IMG/VR virus record: IMGVR_UViG_3300034095_001964
DNA length: 64,000 nt
Reading direction: 5' to 3' (one strand)
Origin: an uncultured virus (IMG/VR IMGVR_UViG_3300034095_001964)
Taxonomy: Duplodnaviria > Heunggongvirae > Uroviricota > Caudoviricetes
The notes under the pieces were generated by a model. It was given only the letters and a program-made list of their open reading frames with translations. It was not told where the DNA came from and did no database searches. Numbering within the stretch: the stretch's first letter is position 1; the number at the start of each line of letters is the position of its first letter. The translations under genes and the position numbers were made by a program. Shown here piece after piece: positions 18,471-28,328 of the stretch.

Positions 18471-19171
18471 AAAAAAGATTGTGTGCCAGACAGTTCCAAT
18501 GTGTTGTCATGGCCGCAGCCTTTGCATTTAAATTTTACAGTTTCTTTAAGAGCAGGAACAGCTGCAATAAATGCTTCAATCTTTTGCATTTGTGAGCGGC
18601 TAAGACTGTTGATGAAAACAATCAATTCAGCCTTTGATGAATTTTCAGTGGGATATACTTTATCGGCATCAAAGATACTTTCAATACTTGCAATAACAAC
18701 TTCATTGATAAGATCGCTTTGGCTCTTTTTGTCATCAGTTAGCGCTCCCATATCTTTAACGCGAATGTAACGCATATTGACACCAACACTATCGGATATC
18801 ATAATTGTCTTGGATACACTGTCATCAAAATTTACAGCTACTTCATCAAGGTTAATATCAACTTGGTTTGGTACTTCACAGACACTACACTTGATGTTGA
18901 CACTGCTAATTTCTCCAACGCTTTTGCTACGAAGTTTTAAGAAAATATATTCAAGGTCAAACGATGTTAACGCGTTAACATCGACTTTTTCAAATGTACA
19001 TGCACGAATAATATCTTTCATTGCATTTAACATTTCGCGTGACTCTTGCGACTCTTGTGCCATAAGCAAGATCTTTTCTTCTTTTACGAGAAAAGGGCGA
19101 TATTCAATAACCTTCTTTGTGGAAGGAATTTCAACAGTATACTTTGGGGATTCTAGGATTGGTAATGCCAT
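18464..19171 (-). CDS. gp26: baseplate hub assembly protein gp26
   Basis: MALP...PKY, YRPFLVKEEKILLMA, FDLEYIFLKLRSKSVGE, two CxxC pairs, SFF C-terminus. Confidence 0.92.
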   Translation of the reverse strand: MALPILESPKYTVEIPSTKKVIEYRPFLVKEEKILLMAQESQESREMLNAMKDIIRACTFEKVDVNALTSFDLEYIFLKLRSKSVGEISSVNIKCSVCEVPNQVDINLDEVAVNFDDSVSKTIMISDSVGVNMRYIRVKDMGALTDDKKSQSDLINEVVIASIESIFDADKVYPTENSSKAELIVFINSLSRSQMQKIEAFIAAVPALKETVKFKCKGCGHDNTLELSGTQSFFD

Positions 19172-19192
19172 AATTTAATTTATAATATAATT

Positions 19193-19714
19193 TCAAGGTA
19201 GTTTTTGTGATGACCAGGTGTTGTATGTAAACACCACCGTTAATTTTTGAACACTATTTTCTGATGAGTTGTCCAATTCAATAGAGTTAACGCCCAATGG
19301 CCATGCGTATGGCAGAGTAACTTGGTATACCGGCTGGTCGGCTTCATTCAACTGCTGCAACAAAATGGTCTTTGCAAAAGTATTTGTATAATTAGCTAAG
19401 TATGAGACAGGATCTATTATTTTTAGCAGCCATTTGTCAAAAAGATCTTTAACGTAATAGTCGTTTGTCAAATAAAATACACATGTAACATCCTCATCGC
19501 TATAGCCAGTCGGAACTTTATTTTCATTGCGCCACACTGAAAAGTCCGTGCTTAGTATTTGCCGGCCTGGCAGCGTGCAACTCTCACACAACAAAGATAG
19601 ATCTTTACCATCTTCGCCATCAACTGGGTTTGATATTATAACACGAAACCGATTGTCGCGTGACAATCCAGCACGGCGTTTGATGGTGCTTTGCAGGTCT
19701 TGAATTGATGCCAT
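19193..19714 (-). CDS. gp54: baseplate tail-tube initiator (gp54-like)
   Basis: GLSRDNRF, LLCESCTLPG, FDKW, AWP, KLTVVFTY tube-protein fold motifs. Confidence 0.7.
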   Translation of the reverse strand: MASIQDLQSTIKRRAGLSRDNRFRVIISNPVDGEDGKDLSLLCESCTLPGRQILSTDFSVWRNENKVPTGYSDEDVTCVFYLTNDYYVKDLFDKWLLKIIDPVSYLANYTNTFAKTILLQQLNEADQPVYQVTLPYAWPLGVNSIELDNSSENSVQKLTVVFTYNTWSSQKLP

Positions 19715-19716
19715 AG

Positions 19717-20322
19717 TTAAAATTGTTTAAGAGATTCTTTCCATACACCGGTCTTATCGGCGCCAACGAATTTCCAGGTTGGCAAACATACAGCAATTTC
19801 CCAATCGCTAGCCGGTACTTCTACTGGTACGCTGCGCAAGTGAGAGAAAAGATAATGTTTAAAACATGGTGCAAAGTATTTGAGACTTGACGCGCTACTT
19901 AACATATTGTATGTTAAACGAAATTTAGTAGTTTCATCATACTTGTCATTGTTAGTAAATGACATCAACTTATCAAAAAAGATTGCGCGTAGTTTATTGG
20001 GCAAGTAATGCAGGTTAAGCCCGTAAAAACCACCCTTGGCTTTACCCACCATAATCACCAGCGGAAAGCGGTCATAGTATGGCAATTCTTCTCTACCCTT
20101 TGGATCATAAAAGAACATAAACATACGCCCAGGCAAGGGGCGATGCATTGGGTTAAGCGCCTGATCTTTAAGTAACTTTTTACGATCTATATTGCTAAGA
20201 CCTTTTAACCTGTCAAAGAACCATGCGCGTGACGCATCTGTGTGAGCAGTTATACCACTCGCAGACAACTTGTCATGATACTTTTCAAAACTAAAGCTTG
20301 TTCTTGGAGTGTTGATGGCCAT
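19717..20322 (-). CDS. gp2: DNA end protector protein gp2
   Basis: MFFYDPKG..LPYYDRFPL, GLNLHYLP, CFKHYL. Confidence 0.92.
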   Translation of the reverse strand: MAINTPRTSFSFEKYHDKLSASGITAHTDASRAWFFDRLKGLSNIDRKKLLKDQALNPMHRPLPGRMFMFFYDPKGREELPYYDRFPLVIMVGKAKGGFYGLNLHYLPNKLRAIFFDKLMSFTNNDKYDETTKFRLTYNMLSSASSLKYFAPCFKHYLFSHLRSVPVEVPASDWEIAVCLPTWKFVGADKTGVWKESLKQF

Positions 20323-20333
20323 ATACTCATGTA

Positions 20334-20341
20334 TATTTATA
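20334..20341 (-). promoter_or_regulatory. T4-type late promoter for gp2
   Basis: TATAAATA on the minus strand upstream of ATG 20322. Confidence 0.7.
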
Positions 20342-20345
20342 TGGC

Positions 20346-20795
20346 TTAGCCTTTAAGCAACAAGCGTATGCCCAGTGCTTTTAGCGTATCTTCATGCCAA
20401 ACTTCAAATTTCCATCCGCGTTGCTGCGCATATGCAGCTGCAGCTTCCCATTTGCTTATGTTCTTTACATACTTCAATACTTCAGTAAGATAGCCTTTGC
20501 TAGCTCTAGCTCTTTTCTTTGGCTCAAGCGTTTCTTTTTTTGGCTTGATTTCAACCAGATATGTGTCACCATTCTTAAATGTAATTTTAAGATCGACAAA
20601 ATAACGATGTACACGGTTGTCTGTTTTACAGCGATATGGCACAACCACTTCTTCGCTGCTCCATTGCGCAATTGCATCGTTATGATCACACCACTTAAAT
20701 ACAGCGCGTTCCCATGATGAGCGGTATTCAATACGGCGAAAATCGCCTTCATACTTTCCAAGATTTTTAGGATTAAATTTGCCGCGGTAAGCCAT
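20346..20795 (-). CDS. gp4: head completion nuclease gp4
   Basis: YRSSWE, WSSEE, HRYFVD, VEIKP, KWEAA. Confidence 0.95.
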   Translation of the reverse strand: MAYRGKFNPKNLGKYEGDFRRIEYRSSWERAVFKWCDHNDAIAQWSSEEVVVPYRCKTDNRVHRYFVDLKITFKNGDTYLVEIKPKKETLEPKKRARASKGYLTEVLKYVKNISKWEAAAAYAQQRGWKFEVWHEDTLKALGIRLLLKG

Positions 20796-20817
20796 ATAAA
20801 TAGTTATAGTATTTATG
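20795..20817. promoter_or_regulatory. overlapping divergent late promoters
   Basis: TATAAATA (+, 20795-20802) and CATAAATA (-, 20810-20817). Confidence 0.65.
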
Positions 20818-21741
20818 GCTATACCTTATCGCATGTTTTCTCCTACTGAATTGGTTTATCCTCATGAAATGAAGGCAACCACACCAAGACCAATGGTGCG
20901 ATTCCAAACATTTGGCAACCAATTTAATTCTACGGTTAGCATATGCATGCCTATTCCGCAAAATATAGCATTTGCTGATGCAGCCACATATAATGATGCT
21001 GAACTAGGATTTCTTGGTGGAGCCGGCATGGCCGCTGCACGAACTGGTTTAGGCAGTGGAGGAACTGATATTGCGGGCGGTGTAAACGCTGGGCTAGGCG
21101 CGATTGCTGGAGGTATACCTAAGAGCCTTGGCAATTTGGCGGCCGCCTTATCTCAAGGGTATGTTAATTCTAATAGTGAGGCTAAAGCCGCAGTGAGTAT
21201 TGGAGTAGGCGCCACTCTAAACAAAAATATAACAACGCAATTTACTGGCACTGGGACACGCCAATTTTCATTTGTATTTAAATTTATTTCCACAAGTAAT
21301 GATGAGTCAAATACAATAAACGCTATATCAAAAGCATTTCGTGCTGGCTTGTATCCAAAAGGCAATGCATACCAATTGCAATATCCTCCTACATGGAAAA
21401 TTCAATTTGTTGATGGCATATTGGGTAATGATATACCATACCTACCAAAGATATTTGAATGCTATTTGCAAAGTATGAGTACTACATATAACAGTATAGC
21501 AAATATGTTTAGGGCCGATGGCAGTCCGTTAGATAGCGAAATTACTCTAGGATTTATCGAATCGCGTGCTCTTACTAAAGATGACATTGTGTATCTTGAA
21601 GACAACCCTTATGAAAAGAGCCATTTCCTTGCATCATATAACGTGCCTAGTGCAACGCCTGATGTAAATGGCGACGCAGCAACTGCACCGGCAACAAGCA
21701 CAACCGGTGGTGCCAGCGCACAAACAGTAGCAACTAGTTAA
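20815..21741 (+). CDS. gp48: baseplate tail-tube cap gp48
   Basis: F.G...RQFSFVFKF, AFRAGLYP, YPPTW.I, CYLQSMSTTY, LGFIE..LTKDD. Confidence 0.8.
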   Translation: MAIPYRMFSPTELVYPHEMKATTPRPMVRFQTFGNQFNSTVSICMPIPQNIAFADAATYNDAELGFLGGAGMAAARTGLGSGGTDIAGGVNAGLGAIAGGIPKSLGNLAAALSQGYVNSNSEAKAAVSIGVGATLNKNITTQFTGTGTRQFSFVFKFISTSNDESNTINAISKAFRAGLYPKGNAYQLQYPPTWKIQFVDGILGNDIPYLPKIFECYLQSMSTTYNSIANMFRADGSPLDSEITLGFIESRALTKDDIVYLEDNPYEKSHFLASYNVPSATPDVNGDAATAPATSTTGGASAQTVATS

Positions 21742-21748
21742 TAACTTT

Positions 21749-23191
21749 ATGGCCACCAACTTTTTTTCACAATTCCCACAATTATCATATGACATTGATG
21801 GCGAAGGTTCGTATGTTAACTTAACAGATATATCACGAACAGCTGACATATCAACGTTTAACGAAGATAAAGTTTCTTACTATACATATTATGAAATAAA
21901 TGATGGTGATAGACCGGACACTGTATCACAATTGCTGTATGGCACGCCTGAATATTATTGGACGCTATTCATATTAAATGATTCTCTTAAAGCTGGATTA
22001 AACAGTGCTTGGCCTCTTAGCAGCAACAGCTTTGAAACTATGATTAGCAATGAGTATGATAAGTATAGCGCATTGGTAATAACACCGCAATTGCAAACCA
22101 GCTCTTCTATTGCTCAGCAATACAGCGATTTTTCAATTGTTCCACTAAATGCGCAATACTTGCCGTATCTCAGATTGTCTTCGCTTGAAACACAACTTAG
22201 ATGCAACATTGCTTTTTATGATAGCCGCTTGCTGCAGCTTGCCATACACAGTATAACCGCGTATGGAAGCGTGCCATACACGCAGGCCACATCGCTCGAC
22301 CTGCGCACTACTTTTTTGAATAGCAGCCAATATGTTATTGATTGGGTTAATCCATACAACGCTTCCACACAAGCTGCTTTGTATGCTGAGTGTCAATCAT
22401 TAAAAGCACAGTGGGTTGATTTGGTAGCTGCTAATTTTGAAACAGTTGACAGCGCTATACAATCCGCTGGTTATGCTGGCATAGCAGCTGGCGTATATAC
22501 TAAAGAGCAATATGTTTTTGCCAAAAAATATACAACGCCTGGGCCAGGCTTTACTTGGCCTTTATATAGAAATGCCGTGAATCAATATTTTAACTACGAC
22601 ACACTGGATTCTTCAATTACACTTCCAGAGAGCGCATTTGATATACTTGAAGAACAAGCAAATACCGTCTACGTATCCGGTGGTGTAACTACAACAAATG
22701 TAACTATAAATGCCGCGTTAACTCTCGTGACGACCAGTGATGGATTGACCAGCATGTGGACTAATGCTGGTATTGACGTGATTGAAGCCGCTTCAATTGG
22801 AATCTACCTGAATGTACCATATGATGTCATCTTTCTAGTGTATAACGGCAACTATTGGGAGCTGTTAATACTTGAAGCAGGTGATTTGTATGGCACCGGT
22901 ACGATATTCAGCGCCAAATCAAATAATACGGCAAATTCAATATCGCCATTAAATTTAACATATACCACAGATTTAGGCGTGATCACTGTTAGCAACGAGA
23001 GCGGGACCTCCACCTTTCCAATACCTCAAATTGGTTCTGGTACACCGGTTGTTGCTAGAAAATATATTCCTAATATCACCAATTATGAAAAAGAACAGCT
23101 TGACAATGACGCCAAAAGAAAAATAAAAGTAGTTCGTCCAGATAAAATACGTGATTTTTCAAAAACCTATTTTACTGTTTTAAATTCATAA
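21749..23191 (+). CDS. gp53: baseplate wedge protein gp53 (with large internal insertion)
   Basis: FFSQFPQLSY, GDRPDTVSQLLYG..YYW, WPLS, C-terminal NYEKE..NDAKRKIKVVRP. Confidence 0.85.
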   Translation: MATNFFSQFPQLSYDIDGEGSYVNLTDISRTADISTFNEDKVSYYTYYEINDGDRPDTVSQLLYGTPEYYWTLFILNDSLKAGLNSAWPLSSNSFETMISNEYDKYSALVITPQLQTSSSIAQQYSDFSIVPLNAQYLPYLRLSSLETQLRCNIAFYDSRLLQLAIHSITAYGSVPYTQATSLDLRTTFLNSSQYVIDWVNPYNASTQAALYAECQSLKAQWVDLVAANFETVDSAIQSAGYAGIAAGVYTKEQYVFAKKYTTPGPGFTWPLYRNAVNQYFNYDTLDSSITLPESAFDILEEQANTVYVSGGVTTTNVTINAALTLVTTSDGLTSMWTNAGIDVIEAASIGIYLNVPYDVIFLVYNGNYWELLILEAGDLYGTGTIFSAKSNNTANSISPLNLTYTTDLGVITVSNESGTSTFPIPQIGSGTPVVARKYIPNITNYEKEQLDNDAKRKIKVVRPDKIRDFSKTYFTVLNS

Positions 23192-23194
23192 GAT

Positions 23195-24598
23195 ATGGCT
23201 TTTACTTCATCAAACACGCCATTAGCAAGAAATACTCCAAAAGGTGTAGGAGTAAACGGCAATGTTTCACTTATACCATCAGCGTATACCGTGAAGGCAT
23301 TGAGCATGCAAAATTCAAAAGGTAAAACTGTTGATATACAAAGCATTGTTATTGGGTTTACGCTAACTGAAGAACTATTTTCTCCGGTTATTGTTTTTAA
23401 TGCGCGCATACGTGACACAATCAATTTCTTTGAAGATTTTGCAATTAGCGGCCAAGAAATTATCAATGTAAAATTACAAAAAGTTGATGTGGCAAAACAA
23501 AAAAGTGACCCGTCAAACATAACTCAACGTGATGTTGAACTTAACTTTATAGTAAAAGAATATCCTAACTATGAAAAGACGGCTACCGATATTGGTGCAC
23601 AGGAATATAATCTAGTTGCGGTTAGTGACTATGGTTACATGAGTATGCTTAAACGCATAAGCCGCAGTGTAAAAGGCAATGTAGCAGCAAACATACAAAA
23701 GATTTTTGAAAATGATTTAAATGTGACCAAGGTAATAACGCGCGGCGTGTGCAGTACTTCATTTGATGGAGTGTTGACAATTCAGAGCCCGCTTAAAGCT
23801 GTTGAATGGTTGCGGCAAAAGACTTATGACGTGAATGGCGCGCCTTTCTTTGTATACAATACCATTTCAAGCGGTGTGGTACTCATATCCTCTCTTACAA
23901 AAATGGTAAAAAGCCCGCTTTATTCAACATATCGCTATCATCAATTTTTAAAAAATACGGCGGAAACTCCAGAATCATACAGCGAATCAATGAGCAAGAT
24001 TCTTAGTATGCGAAGCAATATCAAGTTGGACAAACTTAAACAGGCCACAGAAGGAGGGTTTGCAAATCGCACTGATGTTACAGATTATGCTAAGAAAAGT
24101 TTCATAAGTAAGATATTTGACTATAGCAAAGATGATACCGTTGCAAAAAATCGATTGTCTGAAAACACTACATATGGACAAGCAATGAATTTTTTTTCAA
24201 AGGGAAAGACTAGCCCAGCGCAAAACCTGACAAACAGTCCTGATGCCAGCCGCAGCCTCTTATCAGTAAATAGCAGCGCAAACAGCAATGGCGCTCCCAA
24301 TTCAAGCGGACCACTATTGGAAAATATTGGACGCGCAAAATCCTACTTAGCAAATCTTGAAAGTATGAACCATGAAATTGAAGTGTATGGTGACTTTCGA
24401 TTAAATCCCGGCCGAAAAATAAAAATAGAAGTTCCTAAGAGCAGTGATCCTACGGAATACAATAAAAATATCAATACATCCAATACTGAAGAACTTGACT
24501 TGTCATTGAGTGGTGAATATATAGTTGCAGTAGCTGTTCATTCTTTTAAAGAAGGCGTATACAAAACCCGCCTTAAAATAGTTAAAGATAGCGCATAA
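23195..24598 (+). CDS. putative baseplate hub protein (gp27-like)
   Basis: Position between gp53 and gp5; EELFSP..I.DTIN, GQE, VYGD..LNPG..I.IEVP, LSGEYIV..VH motifs. Confidence 0.65.
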   Translation: MAFTSSNTPLARNTPKGVGVNGNVSLIPSAYTVKALSMQNSKGKTVDIQSIVIGFTLTEELFSPVIVFNARIRDTINFFEDFAISGQEIINVKLQKVDVAKQKSDPSNITQRDVELNFIVKEYPNYEKTATDIGAQEYNLVAVSDYGYMSMLKRISRSVKGNVAANIQKIFENDLNVTKVITRGVCSTSFDGVLTIQSPLKAVEWLRQKTYDVNGAPFFVYNTISSGVVLISSLTKMVKSPLYSTYRYHQFLKNTAETPESYSESMSKILSMRSNIKLDKLKQATEGGFANRTDVTDYAKKSFISKIFDYSKDDTVAKNRLSENTTYGQAMNFFSKGKTSPAQNLTNSPDASRSLLSVNSSANSNGAPNSSGPLLENIGRAKSYLANLESMNHEIEVYGDFRLNPGRKIKIEVPKSSDPTEYNKNINTSNTEELDLSLSGEYIVAVAVHSFKEGVYKTRLKIVKDSA

Positions 24599-25602
24599 TG
24601 AATATTACCAATTGGTTTACGGCTGTGGTTGAAGATGTAGGCGATCCGCTACAACAGGGGCGGGTTCGCGTACGCTGTCTTGGCTATCACACCGATGACA
24701 CAGCCGAATTGCCTAAGGAAGATTTGCCATGGGCCACCTGTATAATGCCTGTCACCAGCCCGTGTGTTAGTGGCATTGGCCAAAGCGCAACTGGCCTTGT
24801 GGCTGGCTCATGGGTATTTGGTTTCTTTAGAGATGGCACTGAATTGCAAGATCCTGTTGTAACTGGCAGTATACCAAGCGCCGTTGGTTATGACAACGGA
24901 TTGGGCACAATAGGCCAAGGTTTTGGCGATCCGCATGGTGTATTTCCAAGCAGAGCTGGTAGCGATACACCAGCTGGCGCAACGATAAATTCTAGAAACG
25001 GCCCAGGCTATGCTGCACAAGCAACTGGCGCACAAAACTTTAATGGCTGTGCAGTGGGCACTGGAGGCGCGTGCAGCACTCTTGAGCAAGCTGGGCCGCC
25101 AATAGTTGTCAACAGCGCGGCCAAAACAGCAATTATACAAGCTGCGCAAAGTAAGCTTGGCAATACATATGAGACAACAACAAACCAGGGGCCTGGTATA
25201 GCTGAAATGTGGAAAGCCACAAATTATTCAGATGGATACAGCGCGCGCGCGCCATGGTGTGCAGCCTTTGTTTGTTGGTGTATACAACAGAGCGGTGTAT
25301 TTAGTGAAGCTGATCGCCCAAAAAGCGCAAGTGCATTTAAAGGTGGCGGCTATGAAGAATGGGCACGCAGCAAAAGCAGTGTTGTCAAATTGACTACCAA
25401 CCCAGCTAAAGTATATGCAGGTGATCTTGTGATTTTTGGGTTTAGCCATATTGGCATAGCCACAAGCGACAGCGATGCCAACGGTTCGTTTGCTACCATT
25501 GAAGGCAATACAAACGCGGCTGGTAGCCGTGAAGGCAATGGCTGTTATGCAAAGACACGCAAAATATCGCTAGTTCGCAGTACTTGTACCATAATTGCTT
25601 AA
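24598..25602 (+). CDS. gp5: gp5 N-terminal OB-fold fused to a CHAP peptidoglycan hydrolase
   Basis: WFTAVVEDVGDPLQQGRVRVRCLGYH..LPWA..GSWVFGFFRDG; C-terminal PWCAAFVCW, GDLVIF..SHIGI, TIEGNT. Confidence 0.9.
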   Translation: MNITNWFTAVVEDVGDPLQQGRVRVRCLGYHTDDTAELPKEDLPWATCIMPVTSPCVSGIGQSATGLVAGSWVFGFFRDGTELQDPVVTGSIPSAVGYDNGLGTIGQGFGDPHGVFPSRAGSDTPAGATINSRNGPGYAAQATGAQNFNGCAVGTGGACSTLEQAGPPIVVNSAAKTAIIQAAQSKLGNTYETTTNQGPGIAEMWKATNYSDGYSARAPWCAAFVCWCIQQSGVFSEADRPKSASAFKGGGYEEWARSKSSVVKLTTNPAKVYAGDLVIFGFSHIGIATSDSDANGSFATIEGNTNAAGSREGNGCYAKTRKISLVRSTCTIIA

Positions 25603-25613
25603 TAAATACACCT

Positions 25614-26396
25614 ATGGCAAACAATGAAACGTGGGGACGTCCTCAGCCAACCGATGGTTCGGTGTATCCATTTAACAATGTTACACAAACGCGCAGCGGA
25701 CACATTTTTGAAGTGGATGACACTCTTGGCAATGAGCGGCTCCTAAGACAACATAAGAGTGGAACCAGTGAAGAGATTAACACTACAGGTGACCGCACAA
25801 TTACAGTTTATGGCAACGGCTATAAAGTGGTTCATGGCGAAGACAACATTACCGTTGAAGGCAATGTTAATATAACAGTGGTGGGCAACTGCAATACCAT
25901 CGTCAATGGCAATTACAATCTTGAGGTTAATGGCGATTACAATGAAACCGTAAAAGGCGTACGCCGTACTAAAGTGGGTGGTCAATATGTAATGGAAATT
26001 GCTGATGAATATGCAATGAACATTGGCGCTAGCGCTAAGGTAACTGTGCACACTGACTATTCATTGCATGTAAGCGGTAAGAATACTCTTTTTGTTGGTG
26101 GTGAAAACCGGTGCGATGTGTATAGCACCAATACAAGTACCATTCATGGAATCAACTTGACCACCGTACTCGGCGAAAATAAAACAGTGTCAACCGGCAA
26201 GAGCACCATTGCCGCGCCGTCCATTGATATTGCATCTAGTGGACCCACCGCCATTTCAGCCAAAGGCATCAGCATAACTTCAAGTGCTGGTTCAACATAC
26301 TCTTCAACAAGTGTCACTAGTGTCGAAGGCAAAGGAATTAATGTTGTAAGCAGCGGTGATGCGGTAATCAAAGGTAGCAAAATTAAACTAAACTAA
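25614..26396 (+). CDS. gp5 C-terminal beta-helix spike (separate gene)
   Basis: YPFNNVTQTRSGHIFEVDDT.GNERL..HKSGT, VxGxxxxx repeats, ends KIKLN. Confidence 0.88.
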   Translation: MANNETWGRPQPTDGSVYPFNNVTQTRSGHIFEVDDTLGNERLLRQHKSGTSEEINTTGDRTITVYGNGYKVVHGEDNITVEGNVNITVVGNCNTIVNGNYNLEVNGDYNETVKGVRRTKVGGQYVMEIADEYAMNIGASAKVTVHTDYSLHVSGKNTLFVGGENRCDVYSTNTSTIHGINLTTVLGENKTVSTGKSTIAAPSIDIASSGPTAISAKGISITSSAGSTYSSTSVTSVEGKGINVVSSGDAVIKGSKIKLN

Positions 26397-26397
26397 T

Positions 26398-28314
26398 ATG
26401 CCACTATCAAATTTAACCAGCACAGCTGGCGCGTTAACGCCAGCTTTTAATGCAAGCACACTTGCATATACGGTAGATATGCCATACACGTCATATGAAA
26501 CTCCAACACGCACCGTAACAGCAACCACGACCAGTGAAACAATTACGATTAATGGTGTTGCAGTGGCGTCCGGTTTAGCATGTGCAGCTACTTTTATAAA
26601 TGTTGGCAACACGGTGTTTACAATAGTTGTGGCAGGAGGAGCTACATATACTCTTACGGTTGTGCGCGCTGCGCCATCAGCGGTCAATACTCTTTCGGCT
26701 CTTGGTATATCAGTTGGCACATTAACTCCATCTTTTCTGCCTAGCATATATAATTACACTGCAAATGTAGCATATGATGGCATTGCAACCATTGTAAATG
26801 CTGCTTCCGCAAACGCAAATTCAAAAATTATTATAGAAGGAACAACTAGCAACAGCCGCACAGTTGAGTTGCGTGTTGGCGCCAATAATATAGTCATAAC
26901 TTGTACGGCCGAGAACGATATTAGCATTGCAACATATAATATAGCAGTTACAAGAGCGGACACTCAAGACAGTGTAGCGCTGATGAATAGCAAAACATAT
27001 GCAATAGGCGGGCCCACCGAAAGCAGCTATACACAAGTGCTTAAAGATTTTGCGCTTCGTGAATTGACGGTTGTTTCACAGGTGCAAGCATTAGCAGATT
27101 GTGCCAAAAATCTTCCGTACCGTCTTATGGAACTAGCTATACGAAAGGCCGAGCAATTGATACTAGATAACCCGTTAGCACAAGATATTATGGCGCAGCT
27201 TAGCGCGCTTGAGGCACTCTATGCAAACATCAAGCGCATTAGTGAATTGGTCAATATAAAATTAACAAAAGAAGAAACACTAGCTGAAGCGCTGTTTCTA
27301 GCCAAGACGCTAACTGGTGTAGATCTTGTTGATAAAACCAATGATATTCTCAATAAGTTTGGTGATGTTGTTGGTATTGGTGATCTTATTAACAATTTGC
27401 AGCAATTAAACTTGTGTGAAATTACCAACTATGGTGCCAACGGTGCGGTGCGCCCAAGCCCAACAAAAATACCGTTGGGCTCGCCACCTCCACCAGTTGA
27501 AGGTGTGGCTTCTCCAGTTGCAAACATGACATATGATTCGGAGCCAAAAGACAGGTATGACGCATTTATATTTCAATTAAAAGAACACCTTGTTAAAGAT
27601 CCGCAGAAAGTTGCTGCACTAACTGCAACAGATTTGGAAAATTACATACGCATGCTAGGCATATGCAATACGCTTGCATACTCTTACCATGATAACATTT
27701 CACGCACAGCTGATGATGCTAAAGATGCACAATATAAAGCAACATACCTAAAATTGGTACAAGACGAATTGAGTAAACACCCAGAATGGAACGGTGATTT
27801 AAAGGTTGACTATAATGGTCGCACATCCATTATTGAAAATGAAATAACACGCAACACAGCCGTGATTCGTGCTTATTACTCGCGCAATGGTGCAGCATCT
27901 GGTGATTGGGTACCAATGTATATGACAGCATATGGCAATGCAGCAATTGATGTTACCACAAAGAATGAAATTGCTTCTGGAAAACTTCAAAACTCTGATC
28001 AGTTTAATGGCGCATATAATGTTGCTCTGGTGCAAGGCACTAGTGTTGCAAGCAACTATTGGAAAGGCAAAACAGTACTTGAAATACGCTATGCTAAAGA
28101 CCAGAGCCCAGTGGGAAGTGGCCGTGTTACGGTTCATGACACGGGTGGCATGTCAAACAATGTTATTGACTATTATTGCGGAGACGACAAAGCATTGTAT
28201 GATTCAATTAGCAGAGCTGGCACAAACAATGGTGGAAAAACCAAACCAAATTATGCTACAGCAATCGAGGTGCGTGTAGTAAGCGGCGGCCCCAAAGCAG
28301 GGAAGACTGTATGA
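26398..28314 (+). CDS. structural protein: two cadherin-like beta-sandwiches, helical region, C-terminal 3D-like (lytic transglycosylase) domain
   Basis: LTPAF....YT repeats; MTAYG...VASN...VHDTGG....IDYY. Confidence 0.65.
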   Translation: MPLSNLTSTAGALTPAFNASTLAYTVDMPYTSYETPTRTVTATTTSETITINGVAVASGLACAATFINVGNTVFTIVVAGGATYTLTVVRAAPSAVNTLSALGISVGTLTPSFLPSIYNYTANVAYDGIATIVNAASANANSKIIIEGTTSNSRTVELRVGANNIVITCTAENDISIATYNIAVTRADTQDSVALMNSKTYAIGGPTESSYTQVLKDFALRELTVVSQVQALADCAKNLPYRLMELAIRKAEQLILDNPLAQDIMAQLSALEALYANIKRISELVNIKLTKEETLAEALFLAKTLTGVDLVDKTNDILNKFGDVVGIGDLINNLQQLNLCEITNYGANGAVRPSPTKIPLGSPPPPVEGVASPVANMTYDSEPKDRYDAFIFQLKEHLVKDPQKVAALTATDLENYIRMLGICNTLAYSYHDNISRTADDAKDAQYKATYLKLVQDELSKHPEWNGDLKVDYNGRTSIIENEITRNTAVIRAYYSRNGAASGDWVPMYMTAYGNAAIDVTTKNEIASGKLQNSDQFNGAYNVALVQGTSVASNYWKGKTVLEIRYAKDQSPVGSGRVTVHDTGGMSNNVIDYYCGDDKALYDSISRAGTNNGGKTKPNYATAIEVRVVSGGPKAGKTV

Positions 28315-28322
28315 TATAAATA
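28315..28322 (+). promoter_or_regulatory. T4-type late promoter
   Basis: TATAAATA upstream of gp25. Confidence 0.7.
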
Positions 28323-28328
28323 TAGGTA

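Noticed and set aside
25590..25620. Intron or intein explaining the gp5 split
   Set aside because: Only 11 bp separate the ORFs and no splicing or endonuclease motifs are seen
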